DNA from: Patescibacteria group bacterium
Lineage (GTDB): Bacteria > Patescibacteriota > Gracilibacteria > UBA4473
Direction: 5' to 3'
NCBI GenBank assembly: GCA_965660445.1
Contig: CBFIAK010000001.1
Location: forward strand, 256,001 to 320,000
Length of the DNA stretch: 64,000 nucleotides
Shown: in pieces, positions 9,777 through 21,809 of the stretch
Layout: each line of letters begins with the position of its first letter
Numbering within the stretch: the first letter of the stretch is position 1
Translations under genes and position numbers: made by a program
Notes under the pieces: model-generated
The model's database searches: none
The model's input: the letters and a program-made list of their open reading frames with translations, nothing else
Told to the model about the DNA's origin: nothing

Positions 9777-9805
9777 ATCTTACGCGCCAAGTGCTTCTTT
9801 GTCAA
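9777..9805 (-). promoter_or_regulatory. sigma70-type promoter pointing into the structured region
   Basis: TTGACA-17 nt-TAAGAT on the minus strand. Confidence 0.6.
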
Positions 9806-9839
9806 AAAATATATATTGCGAAAGTTTTTTATTGTTTTC

Positions 9840-10646
9840 TTATATATCTTGTAATTCTTGTTTTTCTGTTTGTGATTGGTTTTGTGTGGCAATGCTTTTC
9901 TTGTGAAGATGTCCGAAAATAAAGAGAAAAATAAGGGCAACAAGTAATAATATTTGATTTACACGTAGAAAATCAAATATTATAAGTGTTGGATTCCCTT
10001 TAAAAAACTCGAGAAAGAGTTCGAATCCGAAAAAGAGAATAGCAAACCGAATAGCGAGTTTTCCTGAATAAGTGGTAAGAATAGTGTGTGAACGAGAGAT
10101 CCAAAATAAAAGCCATGCATGAAATAAAAATGCATAAATGGTTACGGGATGAATAGGGTTTAAAATATCAACAGTAAAGGTTTCGTATTGAATACCCCAC
10201 CAAAGACTGGTTTCTTTTCCGTAAACATGCCCTGTGAGGAAACCCGCAATATCCATAATAAGAACAGCGACTAAAAAAGGTTTCACTAATGTGTCGATCC
10301 ATCGCAGGGCATCTATTTTTCGAGTTCGAAGATCAAATATCATAAGCGTTAAGAATCCGATAAGAAAGCCAAGAAAATGGAATCCTTCATCCCAAAACGC
10401 AAAGAATGCGAGTTGTCCATTGCGTTCTAAAAGTCCAGAAAGATGTATAAGAAAACTAAAAAGACGTCCGCTGGCAAACCCAACCAAAATCCATCGCCAG
10501 AAGAAATGAAGAAATGTATCAAGTGAGTAATTTTCTTTCTTGAGAGCTTTGTAATATAAAGAGGCCCCAACGATGAAAGCTATAGCTACAAAAACTCCAT
10601 AAACCTTTATTGCAAAGTACCCGAATAACATTTGTGAAAAATTCAT
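9840..10646 (-). CDS. Prolipoprotein diacylglyceryl transferase (Lgt)-like membrane protein, degenerate motifs
   Basis: IKVYG..., SGRL, G.VYGKET..WGI, IHPVTIY, FLEFFKG, NQ pattern; canonical HGG and GR.GNF.N.E motifs are altered. Confidence 0.7.
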   Translation of the reverse strand: MNFSQMLFGYFAIKVYGVFVAIAFIVGASLYYKALKKENYSLDTFLHFFWRWILVGFASGRLFSFLIHLSGLLERNGQLAFFAFWDEGFHFLGFLIGFLTLMIFDLRTRKIDALRWIDTLVKPFLVAVLIMDIAGFLTGHVYGKETSLWWGIQYETFTVDILNPIHPVTIYAFLFHAWLLFWISRSHTILTTYSGKLAIRFAILFFGFELFLEFFKGNPTLIIFDFLRVNQILLLVALIFLFIFGHLHKKSIATQNQSQTEKQELQDI

Positions 10647-10767
10647 ATCCTTACCATACTCTCTGCTGAAAGAAAGAGAAGTGAAAAAAAGTTGACAATA
10701 TTACGAAAATATTTAAAATTGTAAAACATCTTACAAAGATATTTCAAACATACAAAAAAGGAGCTTT

Positions 10768-10974
10768 ATGATGGCTGAGTCTGAAAAAATTATATTAACA
10801 CCCGAAAATCGTGAAAAAATAAGAGATTATCTTTCTCGAGGAGGGTTCCAGGTTCTCTTCAATGAAGAAGACCAAGAAATATATAAAAGAGGCGGAAATG
10901 GAGATTTGCGCCGCACACTTACTTACTCAGAAGCTCTAGAAATAATCTCTGGAGTGTATTCTACCTCTCAATAG
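10768..10974 (+). CDS. Small hypothetical protein
   Basis: 68 aa ORF with AAGGAG RBS and upstream TTGACA-16-TAAAAT (10692-10719). Confidence 0.6.
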   Translation: MMAESEKIILTPENREKIRDYLSRGGFQVLFNEEDQEIYKRGGNGDLRRTLTYSEALEIISGVYSTSQ

Positions 10975-10998
10975 TGATCACTATTGGGGGGATTTTTT

Positions 10999-12510
10999 TT
11001 ATATGCGAAGAAGATCGAGTATTTGTTTATCAGGAATGTATTTTTGAAAGTCGTCTTTATAGGGATCTTCGTGTGATTCTATTTCTTTTGTCATACCAAA
11101 ATCAATGAGATAGACATCATCAATGTTATCATCTTCATCAAATATGAACATTACATTTCTATTATGAAGATCTCGGTGGTGAATATTGTTTTGGTGTAAA
11201 AGATGAAGCGTGTTTTCTATTTTTTGACGAACATGTTCAGGAATTGAAATGTTGTGTTTCTTGCATATGTTCTTGAGTCTTTGAAAATTCCGTTTTCGAG
11301 TCTCCATGACGGCTTCTTCGGGACTATACTGTGTGTAATCAGGAGTCTCCCATTCAAGGATCCCAATCTCTTCAGATTTTTGTTTAAGTTTTTCAAAGTT
11401 ATCCTTTTCTCCATCAGTGTAGACATCAACGTTATGAGCTTCTAAGAGTTTTCGCAAAAGATAGGTATAAGAATCTTCCCCATCAATATAATCCATCGTA
11501 AAAAAGAAGACGTCTTCTCCTGAAACAAGACCTTCGTCTTCTAATTGGTTTTTGAGTATATGATTTTCATTATGAAAAAGACTCTGCATATACGCTGTAG
11601 GAACTTGAGCGTATTCTGATTTGTTAGGAATGCTTTCAAGAAGAGATTGTATTTTTTGTTGTGCTTGAAATTCTTGGTTCCCAATAGCTTCATTATACAC
11701 TTTTAGGAGTTTTACGGCTTGTTTTTCATGGGGATCAATTCCTCCAAAAAAAGCATCGATGAGGTTTTGAATGTGTTCAGAATATTCTTGAGTATCAATA
11801 TTATTTTTCTGACAATAGTTTCCTATTTGAGAAAATAGAAAGTCTGGAGTAATGGTTTTGATAATCCCATATTCGCCTTCATTTATTTTTTTTGAGGCGA
11901 TCAGAAGTATCTCATAAAAGGCAAATTTAAGATCACGAATTATTTCAATTTCATGAATATGTAAGACTTCTTTCTCAGGATTATGAAACTCTTGGATTAC
12001 TTCTGGCGTATTGCTTTGGCATTTTCTGAGAACACTGTGGGCATATTTTTGTTCATCTTCGCTTAAATCATGAAATGATGCAGAAAGATATATGAGGTGT
12101 GTGTGTATGGCTTGCTGTATAAAAGGAATGCTTTTTTTGTTTTTTTCAAGGATTGTGTGAAACGTTTCCCATATTGTATCAGATTCAAATAATCCTCGAA
12201 AGAGAGACATGTATGCTTTTGGCATGGGAATATCTTCTTCAAGAATAGATAAAAAAAGTTCTTGGTGTAGGTGAAATGGTGTTTCTATGATAAAGGCAAT
12301 AAGATCCTCTTTTATGAATTTTTTTTCATCTTCACGGTGATCAATGAGCTCAAAAAAATCATTCATTATTTGGATATCGCTTTTCCGTGTGAGGACGTTG
12401 AGAACATTTTCTTGCACTGTTTTTTGGTATCGGGCAATAACGTGATCGTGTTCAGCTTTTTCAATAGGAGGAATCGATTGAGAGAGTTTGGGAGAAATAT
12501 GCAAAGACAT
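10999..12510 (-). CDS. Protein with C-terminal protein-kinase-like domain
   Basis: EGEYGII, AVKLLKVY, MDYIDG, HHRDLHNRNVM catalytic loop, YLIDFG. Confidence 0.75.
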   Translation of the reverse strand: MSLHISPKLSQSIPPIEKAEHDHVIARYQKTVQENVLNVLTRKSDIQIMNDFFELIDHREDEKKFIKEDLIAFIIETPFHLHQELFLSILEEDIPMPKAYMSLFRGLFESDTIWETFHTILEKNKKSIPFIQQAIHTHLIYLSASFHDLSEDEQKYAHSVLRKCQSNTPEVIQEFHNPEKEVLHIHEIEIIRDLKFAFYEILLIASKKINEGEYGIIKTITPDFLFSQIGNYCQKNNIDTQEYSEHIQNLIDAFFGGIDPHEKQAVKLLKVYNEAIGNQEFQAQQKIQSLLESIPNKSEYAQVPTAYMQSLFHNENHILKNQLEDEGLVSGEDVFFFTMDYIDGEDSYTYLLRKLLEAHNVDVYTDGEKDNFEKLKQKSEEIGILEWETPDYTQYSPEEAVMETRKRNFQRLKNICKKHNISIPEHVRQKIENTLHLLHQNNIHHRDLHNRNVMFIFDEDDNIDDVYLIDFGMTKEIESHEDPYKDDFQKYIPDKQILDLLRI

Positions 12511-12579
12511 CTCATCATTATACCATAAAAAACAGGTGTTTTCAATAGAGCCTGTGCTGAGAAGTAATAATGAGTCTTT

Positions 12580-12834
12580 TTATTTGCAATGAGGAAATAA
12601 CTCTTCTCGTGATGGAATAACGATATCTTTTTCTTTTGTTCGTAAGAAATGAATTATTTTTTTTTGTAATTTTGGCAGTTTTTCAAGAGATTGTGTGGTT
12701 TTGCTGGCATAAATACCACGGCCATTATTCTTTTTATCTCTATCCGGAACGAGTATATTTCCCTGAAGAGTAAACCGAAAAAAAGCTGATTGCTCAGCTT
12801 TTTCTCCGGTTACTATACAGGTGCGAATAGGCAT
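12580..12834 (-). CDS. ylxR: YlxR/DUF448 RNA-binding protein (RnpM family)
   Basis: PIRTCIVTGEK...FRF...GRGIY signature. Confidence 0.8.
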   Translation of the reverse strand: MPIRTCIVTGEKAEQSAFFRFTLQGNILVPDRDKKNNGRGIYASKTTQSLEKLPKLQKKIIHFLRTKEKDIVIPSREELFPHCK

Positions 12835-12837
12835 ATA

Positions 12838-13893
12838 TTAGCTTTTTTTGAGTTCTAATCGATGAGAATCGTAGTTTATAGAAACAACTTCTCCTGTAAT
12901 AATATCTCCTTCTTTCAGTTTGAGATCTTCATAGTTTTCAACCCCGAAATCGGTAAGAGAAAAGAGTCCTTGCACATCATCAGCAATATCAATAAATACG
13001 CCTTGAGGATTCCATCGAATAAGTTTACCGCTTACTTTTGTGCCTGGTTGGAACGCTACTACTTTTTCTTTCCATGTGTCTTCTGTGAGTCGTTTAATAG
13101 AAAACGAAAGTTTTTCTCCATCAATACCAATAACCATTACTTCTACTTGATCACCAAGAGAATAGAGTTTTGATGGTGTTGAAACATGTCCCCAATCAAG
13201 CTCTGAAAGGTGAACAAGACCTTCTACGCCACCAAAAGTAACGAAAATTCCGTATTTCAATACGCCAGAGACAGATCCTTTAACAACATCACCTACTTCC
13301 AGCTTTTGAAGAGTTTCTTCCATCTTTCCTTGATGTGCTGCTTTTTCAGAAATAATTATTTTTTCTGACCCTTGGTTTACATTGATAACCCGAACAGCGA
13401 AGTCCTGACCAATAAATTCTTGAAGCTTTTTCAAGATAAGCCCAGCTTCAGCACCATCTACACGAGGGTAGTTGAGTGGTGTGAGTTGTGACACAGGAAG
13501 GAAACATTTGAATCCTTTGTAATCTCCCATAAGTCCTCCTTTATTGGCTTCAATAATTCGAACTTTAATAATTCGGTCTTCATCCATAAGTGTATTGAGT
13601 TCTGCCCAAAGCATGTCTTGAGATGCTTTTCGAAGCGAAAGGACCGTGAGTCCATAGTCGTTCTCTGGGTTAATAACAATAGCCTCTATAGCCGAACCAG
13701 TTGAAAAAGACTCATGTGAGGAATTGAGTCGTTCTTTTTTTGTAATAACTCCCATAGTTCCTTCTTCAAGTTCAAGAAGAATTCGAGAATCATTCATATC
13801 CACAATAGTTCCTTTAATAGTCTCCCCCATTTTATAAGGGCGGAGTGAAACATCTTGTGAGGCAATGAAATCGTGAAACGATTTGTGCGTCAT
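12838..13893 (-). CDS. rpsA: 30S ribosomal protein S1 (four S1 domains)
   Basis: ANKGGL, FLPVSQL, YGIFV.FGGVEGLVHLSELDW, LSFSIKRL. Confidence 0.92.
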   Translation of the reverse strand: MTHKSFHDFIASQDVSLRPYKMGETIKGTIVDMNDSRILLELEEGTMGVITKKERLNSSHESFSTGSAIEAIVINPENDYGLTVLSLRKASQDMLWAELNTLMDEDRIIKVRIIEANKGGLMGDYKGFKCFLPVSQLTPLNYPRVDGAEAGLILKKLQEFIGQDFAVRVINVNQGSEKIIISEKAAHQGKMEETLQKLEVGDVVKGSVSGVLKYGIFVTFGGVEGLVHLSELDWGHVSTPSKLYSLGDQVEVMVIGIDGEKLSFSIKRLTEDTWKEKVVAFQPGTKVSGKLIRWNPQGVFIDIADDVQGLFSLTDFGVENYEDLKLKEGDIITGEVVSINYDSHRLELKKS

Positions 13894-14025
13894 TTTGATA
13901 AAAATGCGAAAGATTAAAAAATGTTACAGCTGAGAAATAATCAGTCTTAATCGCATTATTTAAGAAGGATTTTCCTCGAAAGCAAAGTGACTTTAAAGAA
14001 TCATTCAAAAAAGTCAAAAAATTAT

Positions 14026-14105
14026 TTGACAAAGGAATTCAGTTTCATAGAATGCACTGGCTTTTGATGTTCAAGTCGGAAGCAGGAAGATCCGTTCTTT
14101 GATAA
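14026..14105 (+). promoter_or_regulatory. rRNA promoter and boxA-like antitermination site
   Basis: TTGACA(14026)-16 nt-TAGAAT(14048); GTTCTTTGATAA at 14094-14105. Confidence 0.7.
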
Positions 14106-14315
14106 CTCGGGAAGAATGAAAATTCAAAAAATTTACAATTTTGTTTTGTGCGTTTAAGAATATTGTATTGTATACAAATTTCTGGATCACACATGACAAA
14201 AAAACAATCGTAAAGTTCTAAAAAGTTAAAAAATAAAAAATATATACCGCAAAGTACAAAAGATTCTATTTTTTGTAGTTTGCTCACCGAAAGATGAACA
14301 AAAAAACTGAGATGT

Positions 14316-17238
<2,923 letters not shown>

Positions 17239-17350
17239 TATCAGTTTTTGTTTATCTCTTAGGTGGGTAAACTTCAAAAAATAGATGTACGCGGTATAAT
17301 ACAATGAATTTTCTTTTTTCCGATTATCAGAACGAATATTAAAAAAGTTC

Positions 17351-17469
17351 TGTGTTGACATCTGTAGCGAAAGGGGTACACCTGATCCCATTCCGAACTC
17401 AGAAGTTAAGTCTTTCAGCGCCGATGATACTTAGGGATAGCCTTGGGAAAGTAGGTCGATGTCAACACA
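17351..17469 (+). rRNA. rrf: 5S rRNA
   Basis: CACCTGATCCCATTCCGAACTCAGAAGTTAAG...CGCCGATGATAC...GAAAGTAGG; terminal stem TGTGTTGACATC/GATGTCAACACA. Confidence 0.95.
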
Positions 17470-17483
17470 GAGCTTTTTTTTGT

Positions 17484-17853
17484 GTCTCCATTTTAGAATC
17501 TCCATTAGAATCAGGAATCTAGAATCTTGGTAAAATCGCAGGAATCGCAGTGAATCAGAGATTCAGAATTATGAATCATGAATTAAGGGGAAGCACAAGA
17601 ACTACATGGAATCCTGAATCCAGAATCTTGAATCTAGAATAAATCGCAGGAATCGAAAGTCTTTGCAAAGCCTTGTGATTGTTCCTTATTTCTCAATCTG
17701 AATCTCAATCTTAATTCTTATAAAATGGAGACCGGTCTCGAGTTTTTGGCTTTATTATGAGTTTTTTTATTTTTTTTGAGTTGTTGTGTAATAATAGAAT
17801 CTGGAATCCGGATTCAAGATTCAAGATTCCTACTTCCTACTTCCTACTTCATC
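17484..17853. repeat. Mosaic intergenic repeat, copy A
   Basis: GAATCNN/GAATTAT heptamer runs, AATCGCAGG nonamers, GCAAAGCCTTGTGAT, palindrome GAGACCGGTCTC at 17728-17739; modules shared with copies B-D. Confidence 0.9.
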
Positions 17854-19158
17854 TTACCTTGCAAATCGTGGTATTGTTTTTAAGGAGTTTGATTTTTCTT
17901 CATCTATTTCTTTTAAAAGTTTCAAGAATGTCGCATAGTTTTTTATCACAGATCGTACATATTCGTCATTATAATACCGAAACCCCGCACTGCTATACGC
18001 CGATAGAACTTCTTTTAATAATGGAGTTCTTTTTTTAATGTGTCGTAGTTGTTGTATCAATGAGTCGATGAACTTTCCCGTACGAATAATGCTTTCCACC
18101 GGATTAAAAGGATTGATGCGACTTTCTTGACTCGCATTATAAAAATATCGAGAAGTTCCCTGCGCGAGTCCTGCGGCATACGTACTTGAAAGTGCCAGTG
18201 GATTAAATCGTGATTCATGATAAAAAATCATAAAAAATATTTCTGGGTTTAAATTATAATATTCTGCTATTGCGAGAACTAAATCATAATTGTTTTCAAT
18301 CATATGTGTTTCAATAAATGCTCGAATTGGTATGCCATCAATAAATCGATCAGGTGAAATATTCTCTAGAATAAAGGGAGTAAAAAGAGTCTCTTTTACG
18401 ATAGAACGAATATTCTCTTTTTGTTCTTTTGCGGTAAGAATTTTTGAATCAATATCAAACCGAGGAATAGCGTGTCCTTTTCGAATATGTAAAACATCTT
18501 CAAGTGGTTTCATGTTTATACCTTTTCGGGTCTTTATACGACTAAAAAAAGTATCATCACCAGCTATTTCTGTATACATCTTTCGTGTGATCTCTACACG
18601 CTCTTGTGTTAAGAGATTATCATAAAAAAGTGGTGTTATTTCAGAAGATAAGTAGTTTTGACGTAAATCAAGAATGCGTTCTTCAAGCATATCGTAATAT
18701 GTTTTTCCTTTTTCGTATCGTATAGGAATCTCTAAATTCAGTTGCATTTTATCCGTTCTTTTTCCTGCTTGTAAAGTCTGTCTTGTTATCTTGTCAAAGG
18801 TATAAAGCCGAACAATACGTTGTAATGATTCAAGACACTCATATTCAAAAATATCATCATTGGTCTCTAAATTTTTATGACGTTCAAATACCTTATCAAT
18901 CTCTTCTAAAAGAAGATCATAGTACGTTTTATTATCAATAAAAATACATGATTCTTTTAAACTTGGAAACTTTTTTTGTGCCGTGAGCCTCATATTTTCT
19001 TCAATCAATAACCTTTTTTTATACAATGGTGGTATATCGATTTGAAGTGAAACCATTTCTGATTTTGACTGTGATAATACATCCTCTGAATCAAAAAAGA
19101 TCTCATTTTTTAGTTCTGAATGTGCGTCAAAAGAATTCATTTTCATTATATTATACAA
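17854..19158 (-). CDS. Protein with C-terminal lytic transglycosylase (SLT) domain
   Basis: IFYHESRFNPLALS..AAGLAQ, NPFNPVESI..GKFI, LSAY motifs. Confidence 0.75.
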   Translation of the reverse strand: MYNIMKMNSFDAHSELKNEIFFDSEDVLSQSKSEMVSLQIDIPPLYKKRLLIEENMRLTAQKKFPSLKESCIFIDNKTYYDLLLEEIDKVFERHKNLETNDDIFEYECLESLQRIVRLYTFDKITRQTLQAGKRTDKMQLNLEIPIRYEKGKTYYDMLEERILDLRQNYLSSEITPLFYDNLLTQERVEITRKMYTEIAGDDTFFSRIKTRKGINMKPLEDVLHIRKGHAIPRFDIDSKILTAKEQKENIRSIVKETLFTPFILENISPDRFIDGIPIRAFIETHMIENNYDLVLAIAEYYNLNPEIFFMIFYHESRFNPLALSSTYAAGLAQGTSRYFYNASQESRINPFNPVESIIRTGKFIDSLIQQLRHIKKRTPLLKEVLSAYSSAGFRYYNDEYVRSVIKNYATFLKLLKEIDEEKSNSLKTIPRFAR

Positions 19159-19220
19159 TAAATATCAAAAGTGAGCAATAAATATTTGTTATTTATTTTT
19201 TATATGATATTTTAGTGCTA

Positions 19221-20231
19221 ATGAAAAATGGGAAATATTTAGAATCTTTCGTTGAACAAGAAGAATCTCCTGGTTTTCTAGTGGATCAACAAAAATTGAA
19301 TAGGCAAAAAAAAGATCAGCGAAAATTGTCGCTTCTTCAACAAAAATTAGAAAACGATGAAAATTTAAAACGAATCGATATTCGTGATTTTAAAGGAATT
19401 CATAGCCAAAAAGTTCAACAAGAAGATGAACGAGAAATTCGTCATTTAGAATCCGTTTTTAAAAATAATGATGAAGAAAATAAAATCCCTTTAGGGGTTC
19501 GTTTATCAGATTTACTCGAAACAATACTGCTCTACCATATTCAATATAGTCAGTGGCTTGGGCCAAATGTTGATATTCAACGTTCTTCTGTGTACGATGA
19601 TTATAAAAATGGAATCGATTGTATTGTCTCTTTCTCATCAAAAGATCCTACCGAGAAAAAAATATTATTAGGATTAGATATTACATCTGGCTCCTACTCA
19701 ACACTGAAAAAAAAAGTACAACGAGCGTGTAACGAAATTAAAGATGGCAAACTTGGATATATTAAATATTTTCAAATGCCTTATGGAAATTCATCCTTTC
19801 AAGGAAAGGATTATTATATTCCGCGGTTTGTGATTGGTGTGCAACGTTCTCATGTATGGGAATTGGTCCATGAATTATTTGAAATTGTTTTTGCTGATGA
19901 GTTACATCTTTCAGAAATAGAAAAATATACAAAGATTCAGAAAATAGAAAAAAATCCACTTTCTCTTCTCTTGCTTGAAGAACTTATGATGCAACTACAA
20001 GCGTATATTGATTATGCAACATATCAGAACGTATCCAGTGAGATTATAGATCAATATAAGGCTTTGTATCCACTGCTTGAATCACAATATCATCGAAAAA
20101 GATCCACGACCCAAGCTCCTCCTCGAGATGGAGTTGTGGAATGTTTAGGAGAAATATGCCAAGAAAAAAGTGGACTCGATGTTGTCGCTTATTTTAAGGA
20201 ACGTATTCAAAGAATAACAACCGAAAAATAA
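19221..20231 (+). CDS. Hypothetical protein, possible PD-(D/E)XK-like fold
   Basis: Long ORF; SSVYDDYKNGIDCIV...LGLDIT and PRFVIG segments; fold is inferred only. Confidence 0.6.
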   Translation: MKNGKYLESFVEQEESPGFLVDQQKLNRQKKDQRKLSLLQQKLENDENLKRIDIRDFKGIHSQKVQQEDEREIRHLESVFKNNDEENKIPLGVRLSDLLETILLYHIQYSQWLGPNVDIQRSSVYDDYKNGIDCIVSFSSKDPTEKKILLGLDITSGSYSTLKKKVQRACNEIKDGKLGYIKYFQMPYGNSSFQGKDYYIPRFVIGVQRSHVWELVHELFEIVFADELHLSEIEKYTKIQKIEKNPLSLLLLEELMMQLQAYIDYATYQNVSSEIIDQYKALYPLLESQYHRKRSTTQAPPRDGVVECLGEICQEKSGLDVVAYFKERIQRITTEK

Positions 20232-20234
20232 AAA

Positions 20235-20309
20235 TGGTGGTCTCGCCAAGAGTCGAACTTGGATCACTGGTTCCGCAAACCAGTATTCTATCCATTGAAC
20301 TACGAGACC
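20235..20309 (-). tRNA. tRNA-Arg(GCG)
   Basis: GGTCTCG acceptor stem, anticodon arm CTGGT-TTGCGGA-ACCAG, GTTCGA T-loop, encoded CCA. Confidence 0.95.
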
Positions 20310-20386
20310 GTCGTCAGAGATTTTTCCATATATTGCATATGTTTCTTTCAGAACCATATTTCATATATTACAAAACCTCTTCCTCT

Positions 20387-20470
20387 CGCTCATAATGGGG
20401 TCTAAGATTGACGAAGACAGAGGTGTATCTCTGCAAAGGAAAAGAATCTTAAACCCTTTCATTATTCGCG
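20387..20470 (-). other. Long rod-like hairpin with a central bubble upstream of tRNA-Arg(GCG)
   Basis: Nested helices ATAATG/CATTAT, GGGTTTAAGATT/AATCTTAGACCC, CAGAG/CTCTG; TATAAT at 20481-20486 (-). Confidence 0.5.
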
Positions 20471-20528
20471 TTTTTTTTCGATTATACAGATTGTCGGGAA
20501 ATATCAAGAACAAGAAGAACGAGTTTTT

Positions 20529-21698
20529 TTATTCTTCTAATTGAACTCGTCCCCAATTACGTTTTCCTGCTTTAATGACTTTTGGAGTGTTTGAGATCAA
20601 AACCAAGAGTTGAGGATTCTCGATTTTTTCTCCATCAATACTCACCCCTCCGCCAGTTACCAGTCGTCGGGCTTCTGAATTCGAAGCAGTAAACCCACAT
20701 ACTTGTGTTAAGAGATCTAAAATCCCTATTTGATTTTCTGTTGTTACAAAAAGTGGCATTGTGTCGGGAGTTTCTTTTTTTACAAACTTCGTAATGAAAT
20801 CTTGTTCTGCTCCATCTGCTTCTTCTTGAGAATGATAAAATGCAATAATATTTTTTGCGAGTCTCGCTTTTGCATCACGAGGATTTTCTGTTATCCACTG
20901 CTGTACCTGCTGTAATGGTTCATCAGTGCAAAGCTCAAAGTAGTTGAAAAGCAATGTGTCAGGAATAGACATGATCTTCCCAAACATCTCCTGAGGTTCG
21001 TCATCAAGATAAATAGTGTTTCCCCAACTCGTCGACATTTTTCGTCCATCAGTTCCTTCTAAAATGTTGAGTGTTATAACATTTTGTGGTTCTTGATCAA
21101 ACGACTTTTGGAGCGTTCTTCCCGCAAGTACATTAAATAACTGGTCACTCCCCCCTATCTCAATATCAGATTGAATAGCCACTGAGTCATAACCCTGCAT
21201 AAGAGGATACAAAAACTCATGCAGTGAAATTCTTTTTCCCGCCTTATGTCGTTTCGAGAAATTGTCTCGATCAAGCATTTCAGATACCGAGAAGTTTTGT
21301 GCTAACCGAGAAATATCATAGAAATCAAGTTTCGAAAGCCAACTTGAGTTATAGTGAATTTCGCATTTTTCAATATCAAGAATCTTTCCTAAATAAGCGG
21401 TATAATTTCTCATGTTTTCTTGCACTTGTTCTCGACTCAGCATAGGTCGTTCAGTGTCTTTATCACTTGCGTCTCCAACAATTCCAGTAAAATCACCAAT
21501 AATCAACACAATTGTATGACCGAGTGATTGAAACTCTCGCAGTTTTCGCAAAGGAACAGCTCGTCCGATGTGCAACCGTGACCCCGTAGGATCTATTCCA
21601 AATTTAATACGCAAAGGTTTTTTTCGCTGAAGCTTTGCTTCACAGTCTTCTTTTACTAAAACGGTGTGTACCCCACGGGTTAATAACTCATCATTCAT
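20529..21698 (-). CDS. tyrS: Tyrosyl-tRNA synthetase
   Basis: KFGIDPT..LHIG, YPLMQGYDS, GGSDQ.FN, KMSTS, C-terminal S4-like domain. Confidence 0.97.
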   Translation of the reverse strand: MNDELLTRGVHTVLVKEDCEAKLQRKKPLRIKFGIDPTGSRLHIGRAVPLRKLREFQSLGHTIVLIIGDFTGIVGDASDKDTERPMLSREQVQENMRNYTAYLGKILDIEKCEIHYNSSWLSKLDFYDISRLAQNFSVSEMLDRDNFSKRHKAGKRISLHEFLYPLMQGYDSVAIQSDIEIGGSDQLFNVLAGRTLQKSFDQEPQNVITLNILEGTDGRKMSTSWGNTIYLDDEPQEMFGKIMSIPDTLLFNYFELCTDEPLQQVQQWITENPRDAKARLAKNIIAFYHSQEEADGAEQDFITKFVKKETPDTMPLFVTTENQIGILDLLTQVCGFTASNSEARRLVTGGGVSIDGEKIENPQLLVLISNTPKVIKAGKRNWGRVQLEE

Positions 21699-21809
21699 GT
21701 ATGTGATTTCGTTTACTCATTACAATACAGCTGTTATCATACAAGTAATACGAAGAACGACAAGATTTTTTTGTATACAAAATACTATTCTTTCTCTTTT
21801 TCTCTTGCG

